Translations under genes and position numbers: made by a program
Assembly (NCBI GenBank): GCA_963829055.1
Contig: CAWHHI010000010.1
Coordinates: forward strand, 96,001-160,000
Reading direction: 5' to 3'
DNA: 64,000 nucleotides
Origin: an uncultured Gemmatimonadaceae bacterium
Lineage (GTDB): Bacteria; Gemmatimonadota; Gemmatimonadetes; Gemmatimonadales; Gemmatimonadaceae
Part shown: positions 23,785-35,314 of the stretch, piece by piece
Position numbering within the stretch: the stretch's first letter is position 1
Layout: each line of letters begins with the position of its first letter
Notes under the pieces: generated by a model
What the model was told of the DNA's origin: nothing
What the model saw: only the letters and a program-made list of their open reading frames with translations
The model's database searches: none

Positions 23785-25772
23785 CCGAGCTCCGACGGAA
23801 TGGCGTTAGGCGGCGACGGATGTGGTCGCGCGGGCGTTGCGCTGCGACGCAGCGTGACAGTGAAGGTCGCTCCCCCGTCGGGATTCTCGTGGGCACTGAT
23901 GGTCCCGCCATGAGCCTCGACGATCGTCCGCGCGATCGTTAGGCCTACGCCGAGGCCATTCGTCTTCGTCGTAACGAATGGTGTGAACAGCTTGCCCATG
24001 ATTTCAGCCGGCAAACCCGTTCCGGTGTCACACACGGAGACCTCGACGTCGGCGGCCCTGACCACGCTTCGTAACGTGATCTGACGCCGTGCCGGCCGAC
24101 TCTCAGGCAGCGCGTCCATCGCGTTCCTCAGCAGGTTGACGAGCACCTGCTGCAAGAGCACCTGATCGCCGTCGATGACGCAAGGCGTGGAAGAGAGATC
24201 GAGGGTCGCCTCGATCCGCCGCGCTCGCATGTCGTGGGCGACGAGGGCGAGGCTTTCATACATCACGGAGTGCAGGTCGATCGGCTTCCTCTGCAGCTCA
24301 TGGCTGCGGAGCATTGTCCGATGGCGATCAATGACCTGTGTGGCGAGGACGGCTTCGGCCTGGATATCGGCCAGGATCTCCCCTGTCGTGTCGGGCGTCG
24401 CCCGGTTGGCTGTGACCATCATCTGAAGCGCCTGCGTGTTGTGCATGATCGCGCTGAGAGGTTGCCCGAGCTCATGTCCGATCGAGGTCGTCAGCGCCGA
24501 CATCGTCGCGCGGCGGTTGGTATCGGCGGCGAGAGCCAGGTTCCGCCGGCTGTCGATCTCGGCGCGATGCCGTGCGCGGCGCTCGTGCAGGAGCCGCACG
24601 ATGAGGAGCGCCTGGAGAATCAGCGCGCCGAGCACAGCGAGAACCGTGAGCTTGTATTCACCCCACAGGGTCGGGCCACGATACATGACGGTGCTTCCCG
24701 GCGGCAACCGACTCTCGGGAATACCCCACCGCTGTAACTCGCGCCAATCGAAGATCGGCTTCCCCGCCATTTGTGGCGGTAGTCTGATGGTTCCAGCTGG
24801 CTCGCCGGACAGGATTCGGCCGGCCACGTCGGCCGAGTTGCGAGCAATTTCGGGTACGGACATCAGTGACCCACCGACAATGCCATGTCCGAGATATGAG
24901 CTCATCGCTCCAAAGATCGGGGCATTCGCCTTCTCGTGAAGGGCGGCGAACACTTGCTCGTCCGGGTACGCCCCGCCCACCGCGTCCGTGCCGAAGGTGA
25001 GATAAACAATCGCCGAGTGGCGTGGAAGGTTCGCGGAGCGGCGCACTATGTCGGGAAGGGACAACTCGTTGGACCAGAGGAATGTCACGCGACCCTGAAA
25101 TCGCTTGAGCCCGGGCTCGAGCTCCGGCTGCCAGAACCTGCCGATCGGTCCGGCCCCGACAACCATTAAGACCTGTTTGGTCTCGGGTAGTACCCGCAGG
25201 ACTTCATCGATGATGTGAGGAAAATCGTTGCTGACCATGACCGCACTCTCGTTCTCGCCAAGAGGCGCCCCGCGGAGGTATCGCTGATCCACCGAGGCGA
25301 ACAGGAGCGGCGTCTCCGGGAAAAGCTCCTGCCGATGCTTGCGCGCGAACACAGCCGCAGGGCCGCCGGCAGTCACAATGAGGTCCGGGGACGTCCGACC
25401 GGCAAAAATCGATCGGATGTAGTCGACGAGGTCTTGGTCGGGCGCGCCGACAAATCCTGTGGGCCCCACGACCACCTGGATGACGTTCACGGGTTGCCCG
25501 ATGCGCTGGTCCAGGTCTACACGGAAACCGCCGGTGAAGTGATCGAGCGGCAGGGTCCCGCGGTCGAGCGATTGCAGTACCAGAACGTGTTTGACCGGGG
25601 GCTGCGCTTCGCTCGTCGCGGCGCCGATCGCCAGCAACCCCCCCAGCAACGCACACTGCAATCTGCTGCGAACGCGGCACTCCGGACGCGTTCGGCCTGC
25701 CAGGGCCCTGGCCCTGGTGTCCTGGGCTGTGACCAAATTTCGGGTGCGGGCTGAAATCGCTGAGTCGACCAT
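23781..25772 (-). CDS. Sensor histidine kinase with periplasmic substrate-binding-like sensor domain (start uncertain)
   Basis: H-box IGHELGQPL, QQVLVNLLRNA, DTGTG, GLGVGL; periplasmic domain ending FDWRELQRWGI followed by a TM segment. Confidence 0.88.
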   Translation of the reverse strand: MVDSAISARTRNLVTAQDTRARALAGRTRPECRVRSRLQCALLGGLLAIGAATSEAQPPVKHVLVLQSLDRGTLPLDHFTGGFRVDLDQRIGQPVNVIQVVVGPTGFVGAPDQDLVDYIRSIFAGRTSPDLIVTAGGPAAVFARKHRQELFPETPLLFASVDQRYLRGAPLGENESAVMVSNDFPHIIDEVLRVLPETKQVLMVVGAGPIGRFWQPELEPGLKRFQGRVTFLWSNELSLPDIVRRSANLPRHSAIVYLTFGTDAVGGAYPDEQVFAALHEKANAPIFGAMSSYLGHGIVGGSLMSVPEIARNSADVAGRILSGEPAGTIRLPPQMAGKPIFDWRELQRWGIPESRLPPGSTVMYRGPTLWGEYKLTVLAVLGALILQALLIVRLLHERRARHRAEIDSRRNLALAADTNRRATMSALTTSIGHELGQPLSAIMHNTQALQMMVTANRATPDTTGEILADIQAEAVLATQVIDRHRTMLRSHELQRKPIDLHSVMYESLALVAHDMRARRIEATLDLSSTPCVIDGDQVLLQQVLVNLLRNAMDALPESRPARRQITLRSVVRAADVEVSVCDTGTGLPAEIMGKLFTPFVTTKTNGLGVGLTIARTIVEAHGGTISAHENPDGGATFTVTLRRSATPARPHPSPPNAIPSELG

Positions 25773-25865
25773 TGGAGTCGGCCAATCTGGGGGCCAAGCC
25801 TGCACAGCGGCAATACCGTTGGCACTAAGCGCGCCCGCGCGCCCGGGAAGAATATTCTTCACGTC

Positions 25866-27831
25866 GTGACCCATCCTTCGGCCGAGTTCCTCGACCTGCA
25901 GGCCGCCCTGGCCGGCGAGTATTCGCTCCAGCGCGAGCTCGGCCGCGGAGGCATGGGAGTGGTGTACCTCGCTCGCGACGTGCAGCTCGATCGCGACGTC
26001 GCCATCAAGGTCCTGCCCACGCACCTCGCCCGCGATCCGGAGGCGCGCGAGCGGTTCGTGCGAGAGGCCCGCATGGCCGCCGGCCTCTCGCACCCGCACA
26101 TCGTCCCGATCCATCGCGTGGGCGAGGTGCCCGCAGGGCATCCCGAGCGGAGCGAGGAACCTCGCTTCGTCTTCTTCGTCATGAGCTACGTGGAGGGCGA
26201 GACGCTCGGCGAGCGACTCCGCACGCGCGGCCCGCTTCCGCCCGCCGAGGCGACGCGCGTGATGCGCGAGGTCGCCTGGGCACTCGCCTACGCGCACGGA
26301 CGCGGCATCGTCCACCGCGACGTGAAGCCGGACAACATCCTGCTCGAGGCGGGCACTGGCCGCGCGCTGGTGACGGATTTCGGCATCGCCGCATGGCGGT
26401 GGCAGACCCGGTCACCGCGACCGACCCGGGAAAGATCATGGGGACCGCGCACTTCATGAGCCCGGAGCAGGCCGCGGGCGAAGCCGTCGATGGCCGCAGC
26501 GACATCTACGCGCTCGGCGTCGTCGGCTATCTCGCGGTGAGCGGCCGCCTGCCGTTCGAGTCGTCCAACCTGCCGGCGCTGCTCGTGCGCCAGGCCACCG
26601 AGCCGGCCGCCGAGCGTGATGCGCGCGGCGCCCGGGCTGCCTCCCGCGCTCGGCGCCGCGATCGACCGGTGCCTAACGCGCGATCCTGCCGGCCGATTCG
26701 CCGACGGCGAAGCGCTGGCCGAAGCGCTCGCGCCAGCGCCTGACGCGCGGCCCGCACTGCCGCCCGACGCTGCGCGCGTGGCTCGCGGCGCGAAATCCGC
26801 TTCTCGCTCCCGTATCTGGCCTGGTCCGGCGGGTTCAGCCTTCTCACGCTGGCGAACCTCGTTGCGTGGGTGACCGGCAACCGGCCCGACGGGCCGGCGG
26901 ACATCGTACTCCTGGCCGCGATCACGGCGTTGCCGCTGCTGCCGATCGTCGGTTTCCATCTGAACCAGGCGCACAGGCAATTCCGGGCCGGGCACACGCT
27001 CGCCGACCTGCGGGCGGCGCTCGCCGTCGCGCGTCGCGAGCGCGCGGAGACCGAAGCCATCACGCGAGAGGAAACCGAGACCCCGTACTCATCGCGTCCT
27101 GCGGCTCGCTCACGATCGCCTCGACGACGTGGCTTGGCATCACCGTCGGGCTGGTGATCTCAGGGGCGATCCACGAGAATCGGACGGCACCGAGTCGTGT
27201 TCATCGCGCCGCTGCTCACGACGATGTTTCTGGGAGCGGTGAGCAACGCGCTCGACGTGCAGTTCATTCCGGACAAGATCCGCGACTGGTGGCAGACGGG
27301 GATTCGTGAGCGCCTCTGGAACAGCCGCGCGGGTGAGTGGCTCGCGCGCCGGCTCGGCGCGCCCGAGCGCACGCAGTTGGCCGGCGCGTCGGCGTTTCGC
27401 GCAACGGAGGCGGCGTTAGGCGTGGCGGCGTCGGAGCTGTTCGCGGCGCTGCCGAAGGAGTACCGCGAGCAGTTGTCGGAGCTGCCGGCGATCGTCGCGT
27501 CGCTCGAGGCGCGCGCAGCCGAGGCGCGCGCCGAGATGGACGTGGTTGCCGCCCTGGCTCCGTCAGGGTCGGCGAACGCCGACGCACTGGCTGCGCGAAA
27601 GAACGCGGCGGCCACGCACCTCGCGGAGAGCGTCGCCGCGCTGGAGGGACTGCGTCTCGACCTGCTGCGCCTGCACGCGGGCGCCGCCGATCTCGCGCCG
27701 CTCACCACGCTGATGGATGCCGCGCGACTGGTTGGCGAGGACCTGAGCCGGTTGGCGGAGGCGCAGCGGGAGGCGGAGCACGCCGCGAGCGGCACCCTCT
27801 CGCCCCGGCGACTCCCGCCATCCACGCCTAA
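25866..27831 (+). CDS. Ser/Thr protein kinase with C-terminal membrane domain (several frameshifts; end approximate)
   Basis: LGRGGMGVVY, HRDVKPDN, DFG, GTAHFMSPEQ, SDIYALG; C-terminal LRLDLLRLHAG. Confidence 0.85.
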
Positions 27832-27879
27832 CGAGTCGTCCGACGCGTTAGGATCCCGTATTGCGGCACCCGCCGCGAA

Positions 27880-28409
27880 TCAGCGCCGTCCCGAGTCGGC
27901 GGGGGGACGCACCGGCGGCGCGGTGCGTGGATCAATCGACTCGTCCTCGAGCCGAATTCGGAGCGATCCGTCCTGCCGCTTGAGAAGCGCGGTATACGAG
28001 AGAATGATCGGGCGCTCTCGGATCTGCTCGTCCACGCGCCCAGGCCGGCCACGAGGACGGCATCCGACCCGACCGGCTCGAACGAGAGGTCGCGCCACTC
28101 GAAGGCGGCAGGCGGAGTCCAACGGGCGTCGCGATACTGCGCGACAACCGAATCATACGGCATGAATTCCTTTGAGCCGTTCCCGAGGCGATATGCTCCG
28201 GTCCGATCGTACCGCGCGCCGATCGCCGCACGATCACCGGCAAGCAAATCACGGGCGTACGTGTCCATGAACGCACGCGCCTCGTCGGTAATGGCGGCTC
28301 CCGGCGCCGGCGAGTCGCCCTGCCTAACGTTGCCGGCTTGCGAGCCATCGCACGCAACGATCCATGCCAGTGCGGCAACGCACAGTCCGACGCTGAATGC
28401 CGGCTTCAT
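27880..28409 (-). CDS. Hypothetical lipoprotein, NTF2/DUF4440-like (frameshifted)
   Basis: Lipobox IVAC; FMDTYARDLLAGDRAAIGARY...FEWRDLSFEP...SYTALLKRQDGSLRIRLEDES. Confidence 0.65.
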
Positions 28410-28458
28410 ATCACACTCGTAGACGTTAGGGACACCGCACTTGTTCCAGCTTCGCCAC

Positions 28459-29124
28459 TCACCGCACTGCGCGCAACGACGAGTGTTGATACATCGCCCA
28501 CGCGTGACCGCTCCACTGATACAGGTACTCCTTTCCCAATATCCTGATTCCGTCGCCTCCCGCCCCGACCGGCGACCGACAGCGCAATTCCACCGTGAGT
28601 CTTCCCTCCCAGCGTCCTTCGTACACGCCGACGACCGGTGCGGTCACTCTCGCGAGCAGCACGCGCGGCCCGCCTGCACGATCGAGGTCTGTCGGGCACG
28701 TGGGAAACGCGACCGCGCTGTCACCTTCCGCTCTCTCGCCCAGCGGCGCCTCGATGCCGCGTGCGAAGGCCGCGGCAATCGCCGCCGCTCTGGTCGTGGT
28801 CAGCGCCGCGCAGGCCGCGAGTGACGCGCTATCGACGAGCGGATGCGAAGGCTCGCAGAGGAGCGCTTCCGCCACCGCGCGGATCGGGTGGAGGCGGCTG
28901 GCGCGTCCGGCTTCCATCGCCAGCAGTTCCAGGGGCGGCATGCCGGTGGAGTCCAACGCCTGTGCCGTGAGGCTGCGGCAAGGCACGGCCAGCACGCCGG
29001 CCACGCCGAACAGCGACACACAGACAGCTGAGGTCGCGGACGAGAACCACCGCAGCCAGCATGAAACTCTGAGCTGGGACATCGACCCATCCTCCGACGT
29101 AACCTCGCGCGGGAGCTCGTCCAT
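28459..29124 (-). CDS. Hypothetical exported protein
   Basis: 221-aa ORF with hydrophobic N-terminal region, collinear with its neighbour; no family recognised. Confidence 0.45.
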   Translation of the reverse strand: MDELPREVTSEDGSMSQLRVSCWLRWFSSATSAVCVSLFGVAGVLAVPCRSLTAQALDSTGMPPLELLAMEAGRASRLHPIRAVAEALLCEPSHPLVDSASLAACAALTTTRAAAIAAAFARGIEAPLGERAEGDSAVAFPTCPTDLDRAGGPRVLLARVTAPVVGVYEGRWEGRLTVELRCRSPVGAGGDGIRILGKEYLYQWSGHAWAMYQHSSLRAVR

Positions 29125-29277
29125 GCGAGGGCTCGCGACCCTGACGAGCAGCTCGACCTGAACGAAAGCATCGATCCCACACGCACCGCGCCGGCGAAGT
29201 CAGCCGCCTGCGCCATAGCCAAACGCTGGTGCGCCACTGCAAAATACGCGAGACCCCCACCTCCACTGGAGCCCCGC

Positions 29278-31356
29278 ATGGTTTCTCTCCTGACGCGCCG
29301 AATGGCATGCGTCGTCGCGCTGCTCGCCACGGCCGCCACGGCCGACGCGCAGAGCAAGCGCCCCATGACCATCATGGACATCATGGACCTGAAGAACGTG
29401 GGCGGCGTTTCGCTCTCGCCCGACGGGTCGAAGGTCGCCTACGCCGTCAGCACCTGGGAGCACCCCAGCGCGCGTTCGTCCGCGGATTCCACGAAGCCGG
29501 ATACCGCGAAGGGCGACAAGCACGAGATGCGGTCGCACATCTGGATGGTTCCCGCCGGCGGCGGCACGCCGCGGCAGCTCACGTTCAGCGAGCGTGGCGA
29601 GAACGGCCCGCAGTGGTCACCCGACGGCCGCTCGCTCGCCTTCGTCTCGTCGCGCGGCAGCGGCACGGACGCGAAGACGCAGATCTGGATCCTGCCGATG
29701 GACGGCGGCGAAGCGTACCAGCTGACGACGTCGAAGGAGAACGTGACGGGCTTCGAGTGGTCGAAGGACGGGTCGCGTATCGCGTTCCTGGCGGTGGACA
29801 CGCTGCCGAAGACCGACGAGGCGAAGACGGCGCGGCGCGACGATCCGCAGGTGTTCGAGGACAACTTCCGACTCTCGCACGCCTGGGTGATCGACGTCGC
29901 GACGAAGCGCGCCACCGAAGTCGCCCATGGCAATCTCACCGTGGCCGGTGCGCCGAGCTGGTCGCCGGATGGGACGCACCTCGCGTTCCAGGCTGCGCCG
30001 ACGACGATGATCCGCGATACCCGCTCGGACATCTACGTCGTCACGATCGCCGACAAGTCGATGAAGAAGATCACGGCGAAGCCCGAGGCGGGATCGGCGC
30101 CGGCGTGGTCGCCGGATGGAAAGACGATCGCGTTCACGTGCTTCCGCAGAGTCACACGGCTCGCGCCGACAGCATCATGGATCGCGAGATCGGCAACGAC
30201 CATCTCATTCTCTATGACGTCGCGTCCGGAAAAGCGAAGGACACGTACGACGCGAAGATGGACATCTCGGCCGGCACGCCGCGCTGGACGCCTGATGGCT
30301 CGCGCGTGCTGTTCACGACGGGCGAGCGCGCGTGGTCCGCGGTGTACGCGTACGACGTCGCGTCCAACAAGCTGAGTCGCGTCATCGACAAGGTGCTGAT
30401 CGGCAACCCGTCGATCTCGAAGGACGGAAAGCTGGCCGCGTACACGTTAGGCTCGCCGAACGCGCCGGGGGAGGTGTACGTGAGCGACCTGACGTTCGCG
30501 TCGCCGAAGAAGCTCACGGACATCAACCCGCAGCTCCGCGAGATAGCGTTAGGCGAGACGGAAGTGATCACGTGGAAGAGCACCGACGGCACGCCGGTGG
30601 AAGGCATCCTGCTCAAGCCCGTCGGCTATCAGGCCGGACGAAAGTACCCGTTGCTCGTCGAGGCGCACGGCGGCCCGACCGGCGCCACGAACGCGGGGTT
30701 CAAGGCGAACTGGGGATCGCCGGGACAGGTGTGGGCGGGACAGGGCTGGGCGGTGTTGTACCCGAACCCGCGCGGCTCGACCAACTACGGCGAGAAGTTC
30801 ACGCGCGCGAACATCATGGACTGGGGCGGCGGCGACTACCGCGACATCATGACCGGCGTCGATGACGTGATCAAGCGCGGCATCGCCGACTCGTCGAAGA
30901 TGGCGTTCGAGGGCTGGAGCTACGGCGGCTACATGACGGCGTGGGTCGTGAGCCAGACGAGCCGGTTCAAGGCGGCGCGCATGGGCGCCGGCCTGTCGGA
31001 CCTGCAGAGCATGTACGGGACGACGGACATCCCGGGCTACATCGGCACGTTCTTCAGCGGCGTCCCGACGCAGAAGACGCTCGACTTCTATCGCGCGCGC
31101 TCAGCGATCACGTTCGTGGACAACGTGACGACGCCGCTCCTGATTCAGCATGGCGGAAACGATCAGCGCGTGCCGGTCGGTCAGGCGATGGAGTACTACC
31201 GCGCGCTCAAGGATCGAGGGAAGACCGGTGCAGCTGGTGTTCTATCCGCGCGAGGGACACGGCCTCGCGGAGTACTACCACCAGGTCGACAAGATGCAGC
31301 GCGAGCTGGACTGGATGACGAAGTACACGTTAGGCTCGCAGAAGATTGTTCCGTGA
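29278..31356 (+). CDS. S9C acylaminoacyl-peptidase family protein with PD40 repeats (frameshifts near 30140 and 31225)
   Basis: WSPDG repeats, HGGP, NPRGS, nucleophile GWSYGG, DQRVP, YPREGH. Confidence 0.92.
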
Positions 31357-31362
31357 CGCGAT

Positions 31363-31398
31363 GACGAGAGGGCGGTGCCTAGGCACCGCCCTCTCGTC
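31363..31398. terminator. Perfect 36-bp palindrome between convergent genes (probable bidirectional terminator)
   Basis: GACGAGAGGGCGGTGCCT-AGGCACCGCCCTCTCGTC. Confidence 0.7.
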
Positions 31399-31431
31399 TG
31401 ACGCTCCCTGCAGTAAAGGAATCCGGCCGGC

Positions 31432-33600
31432 CTAACGACTTGGAGCTCGGCCGCGCGCCGCTTTTGGCGCCTCCGCTGCGACGACGGGTTGGGCGGCGTC
31501 TGGCGGCAACGCCGATGGTGGCCGCGTCGATCGTGCATCCTCCTCGGCCAGAGGCAACGCGACATAGAAGGCGGCGCCGCGGTCGGCCCTGCGCTCCGCC
31601 CACAGCCGCCCGCCTTGCGAGGTTATCAGTGTGCGGCAGATCGAAAGGCCCATGCCCAGGCCGCCAGCCTTGGTGCTGTGGAACGGCTGAAACAACGTCT
31701 CAACGTCGTCCGGCAAGCCGACTCCGCAGTCCAGCACGCCGATGCGCACCTCGTCCTCCGTGATGAAAGCCTTGAGCGTGAGGGTGCGGTCTTCCCGTGG
31801 ATTCGATTCCATGGCATCGCACGCGTTCACGATCAGGTTGAGGAGGACCTGCTGGAGTTGCACGCGATTCGTCCTGGCTGCGGGAAGGTCGCTGGGCGCG
31901 AGCTTCGAGACGGAGACACCGCGGGCAATGAGATCGGTGCGGACGAGGCGGAGGAGTTCGTCGAGACTCTCACTCACGCTCACCGCCTGGAGCACGACCT
32001 CGCCGCGGCGCATCATGGTGCGCAGGCTGTCGATGATCTCTCCGGCGCGGCGGTCCGCACTGACGATGTCCGCGAAGATGTCGCGAAGCTCGACGAGGTC
32101 GGGCGCGTCCCGCGTCATGATGCGCTGGCCCGCCTGGGCATTGTTGAGGATGCTGCCGAGCGGCTGACCCAACTCGTGCGCGAGGGAACCCGAGAGCGCG
32201 CTCAGCGTCGCCACGCGGGAAAGGTGCGCCAGCTCCTCCCGCTGCAGCTGCGCCTCCGCACCAGCCTGTTTTTGGCGCGTGATGTCCATCGAGACGCCGA
32301 GCATTCGCGGAGGTGCGTCATTGGCGGCGGGGCTAACGCGGCCGCGCCCGGCGATCCATCGCACCGAGCCATCGGGCAGGATGATGCGATACTCCGCCTC
32401 ATAAGAACCGGACGTCTCCAGCGCGTGCTGGATCGCTTTCGCACGCACAGCACTATCGTCTGGATGGACGCGCCCGGTCAGGCTGGAGAAATGAACGGGT
32501 TCGCCCGGCGCGAAGCCGAAGAACTTCCGTCCTTCGTCCGTCATCCAGACCCTGTCGTTCGCCACGTCCCAATCCCACACCGCCAATTGTGCGCTCTCCA
32601 CCGCCAGGCTCATACGCTCCTCACTGACGCGCAACGCCTCCTTGGACCGTCTTTCGTCATCGATGGCGACCGCGAGCAACATCAGTGGAGTGGCCACCAT
32701 CAGCAGGAACAACTGCAGGTCCAGTGCGTTTTCCGAGGGGGTTTGCGTCAGGAACGGCCCACGTCCCTGCATTGTTCCCCAGATCGCCATGATCGTGATG
32801 ACGAGCATGGAGGTGCCAATGCCTCCAAGCCCAAAGCGGAGGGCCGCCCAGATGAGAAAGGGAACTGGCGCATAGAGGAGCGCGGGCGAAGTGTTCGGTC
32901 CCGCGGGCGACCAGTTGAAGGCGACCCATCCGACCGCGAGAATGCCCACGGCAAGGAAGCATGCTTCCAGAAAGCGTCTGGGTGAGGCTTTAGACCGTTT
33001 TACGAATAGCTGGTGGACGCCAATCAGGATGACCGGCACCAGCACGATCGCTGTCACTCCATTCGAGATGCCGAGATTGCGCCATTCGACCCAGTAGCGA
33101 GCTCCAAAGCCATAGGCGACGGTGAAGGCAGCGCCCCAGAAGGCCGTCCCGAACGGAACGATGACTACCGCAATCAGAACAAAAATGATGGCTTCACGAA
33201 GCGTGATGCGATTGAACGGCGACCTTATGAAGATGCGAATCCCGCCGGCCGTCAAAACGGTCTTCACGGCATTGAACGCCTCGCACTGCAGTGCATAGAG
33301 AAGCGGCCAGTGCGCTTGCTGCGTAGCGAAGAAGTGACTGGAAGCGGCGGCCAGCACATAGGCCCACCAGTGCCGGGTGGGGACGAGCAGCAGAATGGAA
33401 ACGAGGACCGCGTGCGGAGGAAAGAACAGCGATACCTTGCTATCGGGAAACGTCAGTACCCAGGCGGTTCGCGTCGCGAGATAATAGCCGGCACCAGCGG
33501 CCAGAATCCGGACTATGGTGCGGAGAGAGAACCCGGGTTGCTCGGTAGGCCGGGGGTCAGCGTGGAATTCCAGGTCGCCGTTCGCTCTTACTTGCGGCAC
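31432..33600 (-). CDS. MASE1-PAS histidine kinase (FixL-like)
   Basis: MASE1 TM region (FLIWAALRFG), PAS (VHPDD, YRIILPDGSVRWI), LAHELGQPL, QVLLNLIVNA, GLGMGL. Confidence 0.92.
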   Translation of the reverse strand: MPQVRANGDLEFHADPRPTEQPGFSLRTIVRILAAGAGYYLATRTAWVLTFPDSKVSLFFPPHAVLVSILLLVPTRHWWAYVLAAASSHFFATQQAHWPLLYALQCEAFNAVKTVLTAGGIRIFIRSPFNRITLREAIIFVLIAVVIVPFGTAFWGAAFTVAYGFGARYWVEWRNLGISNGVTAIVLVPVILIGVHQLFVKRSKASPRRFLEACFLAVGILAVGWVAFNWSPAGPNTSPALLYAPVPFLIWAALRFGLGGIGTSMLVITIMAIWGTMQGRGPFLTQTPSENALDLQLFLLMVATPLMLLAVAIDDERRSKEALRVSEERMSLAVESAQLAVWDWDVANDRVWMTDEGRKFFGFAPGEPVHFSSLTGRVHPDDSAVRAKAIQHALETSGSYEAEYRIILPDGSVRWIAGRGRVSPAANDAPPRMLGVSMDITRQKQAGAEAQLQREELAHLSRVATLSALSGSLAHELGQPLGSILNNAQAGQRIMTRDAPDLVELRDIFADIVSADRRAGEIIDSLRTMMRRGEVVLQAVSVSESLDELLRLVRTDLIARGVSVSKLAPSDLPAARTNRVQLQQVLLNLIVNACDAMESNPREDRTLTLKAFITEDEVRIGVLDCGVGLPDDVETLFQPFHSTKAGGLGMGLSICRTLITSQGGRLWAERRADRGAAFYVALPLAEEDARSTRPPSALPPDAAQPVVAAEAPKAARGRAPSR

Positions 33601-33921
33601 TGCGTCCTCATTCGAGCCATTCGGTCTCCTCCAGGTTGCGCGAGACCGCGCAACGGCGAATCAGGGAGACAAGCGACGGCAGGATGCCCTCCCCGCTACG
33701 GTCGATGTGGGCGAGTTCGACAGCTGAGCGCAAGGGTCTCGAGGGGACGATAATCACCATCAGCAACAGGTTTGGCGCCGATGCGCTGCGTTCGATCAGT
33801 TGGGATTGCCGGGGTTCCAGTTCATCCAGGATCCGCTTGATTACGAAAGCCGTACCCATCATTCCAACATGGGCGCTAAGCCACAGCATCACCTAACGAG
33901 CAATTGTTCTTGGGAGGCTTC

Positions 33922-35229
33922 ATGAGCACGCTCTCGCGTCGTGACTTCGCCCGCTTCCTCGGCATCTCCGGTACGGCTGCCCTGGTTCCCCGCCCCGGGG
34001 GCGCGCAACGATTCGAGTCGTTCGCCGCGCTCTCTCGCGAGCTCGGCCCTCTTCCACGCACGCCCATCGAGCCGGACGAGGCATTCTGGCAATCGGTGCG
34101 CGCACGATTTCTGATTCCTCGAAACCTCGGATTTCTCAACGCCGCGAACTTGTGTCCGATGTCGCTTCCCGTGCTCGAGGCGATCGAGAAGAACGCGCGC
34201 AGCTACGAGCTCAATCCATCCCCCGACGCTCGGTCCCCGCTCCTGCACGCGCGTGAGGACGCGCGAGGGCTCCTGGCCGAGGCGCTCCGTGTCACGCCCG
34301 AAGAGTTAGTGCTTACCAGAAACACGACCGAAGGCAACAACTTCGTGTCGAGTGGACTGACGCTCGGCGCGGGCGATGAAGTGATCGTCTCGTCGGACAA
34401 CCATCCGAGCAACCTCAACGCATGGCGGCAGAAGGCGACGCGATTTGGTTTCACGGTCGTCACCGTCGCGCCGCCACCGTCGCATCCGGGCACTCGAGGG
34501 TATGTCGATCTGTTCGCGAAGGCGTTCACGCCGCGAACGAAGGTCCTCGCCGTCACGTATGTGAGCAGCAACTCGGGCGACATGCTTCCCGTTGCGGAGC
34601 TATGTGCCCTCGCCCGCGAGAAGGGCGTGCTCTCACTCGTCGACGGCGCCCAGGCATTCGGAGTGCTCGACGTCGACCTGAGCAAGATCAAGCCAGACTT
34701 CTTCACGGGGTCGATGCACAAGTGGCCGTGCGGCCCGAAGGAGAAGGGCGTGCTGTTTGTGAACAATGCCGTGCACGACCGGATCACGCCGTCGATCTAC
34801 GGTGTGTATGGAGGTGCGGTGGGCATTTCGAAGACGTTCGAGGCGGAAGGGCAGCGCGATGACGCAGCAATCGCCGCGGTCGTCGACGCGCTCAATTTCC
34901 AGGGCGGAATCGGGCGCGCGACGATCGAACAGCGTTCGCGGGCCTTGGCCGCCCATCTGATGACGAGCCTTCAGCGGCTGAACGGCGTCAAGCTCTGGAC
35001 CGATCCGTCGCCCGATCGCTCGGCCGCGATCGTGATCTTCAAACCAGGCAATCTCGATCCGCGGCCGCTCGGTGAGGCGCTGGCGAAGAACGAGAAGATC
35101 GTCGTGACGGCGCGTGCGGCGAATGGATCGAATCCGGGACTTCGCGCCGCGCCGCACTTCTACAACACGATGGAAGACGTCGATCGCTTCGTCGGCGCGA
35201 TCGGGAAGTACGTGAAGAATGGCGCATGA
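33922..35229 (+). CDS. Tat-exported class V aminotransferase (isopenicillin N epimerase/cysteine desulfurase-like)
   Basis: Twin-arginine [24 protein letters not shown] lysine in [17 protein letters not shown]. Confidence 0.9.
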   Translation: MSTLSRRDFARFLGISGTAALVPRPGGAQRFESFAALSRELGPLPRTPIEPDEAFWQSVRARFLIPRNLGFLNAANLCPMSLPVLEAIEKNARSYELNPSPDARSPLLHAREDARGLLAEALRVTPEELVLTRNTTEGNNFVSSGLTLGAGDEVIVSSDNHPSNLNAWRQKATRFGFTVVTVAPPPSHPGTRGYVDLFAKAFTPRTKVLAVTYVSSNSGDMLPVAELCALAREKGVLSLVDGAQAFGVLDVDLSKIKPDFFTGSMHKWPCGPKEKGVLFVNNAVHDRITPSIYGVYGGAVGISKTFEAEGQRDDAAIAAVVDALNFQGGIGRATIEQRSRALAAHLMTSLQRLNGVKLWTDPSPDRSAAIVIFKPGNLDPRPLGEALAKNEKIVVTARAANGSNPGLRAAPHFYNTMEDVDRFVGAIGKYVKNGA

Positions 35230-35314
35230 GCCGGTGAATCTAAAGTTCCCAACCGCCTGCCGCCGTTGGCCCGGCTATTCGGACTGAGATCATGTCAGAC
35301 GCCCAACACCGCCC

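Noticed and set aside
25773..26315. N-terminal extension of the 844-aa histidine kinase ORF
   Set aside because: It is the antisense shadow of the Ser/Thr kinase on the plus strand.
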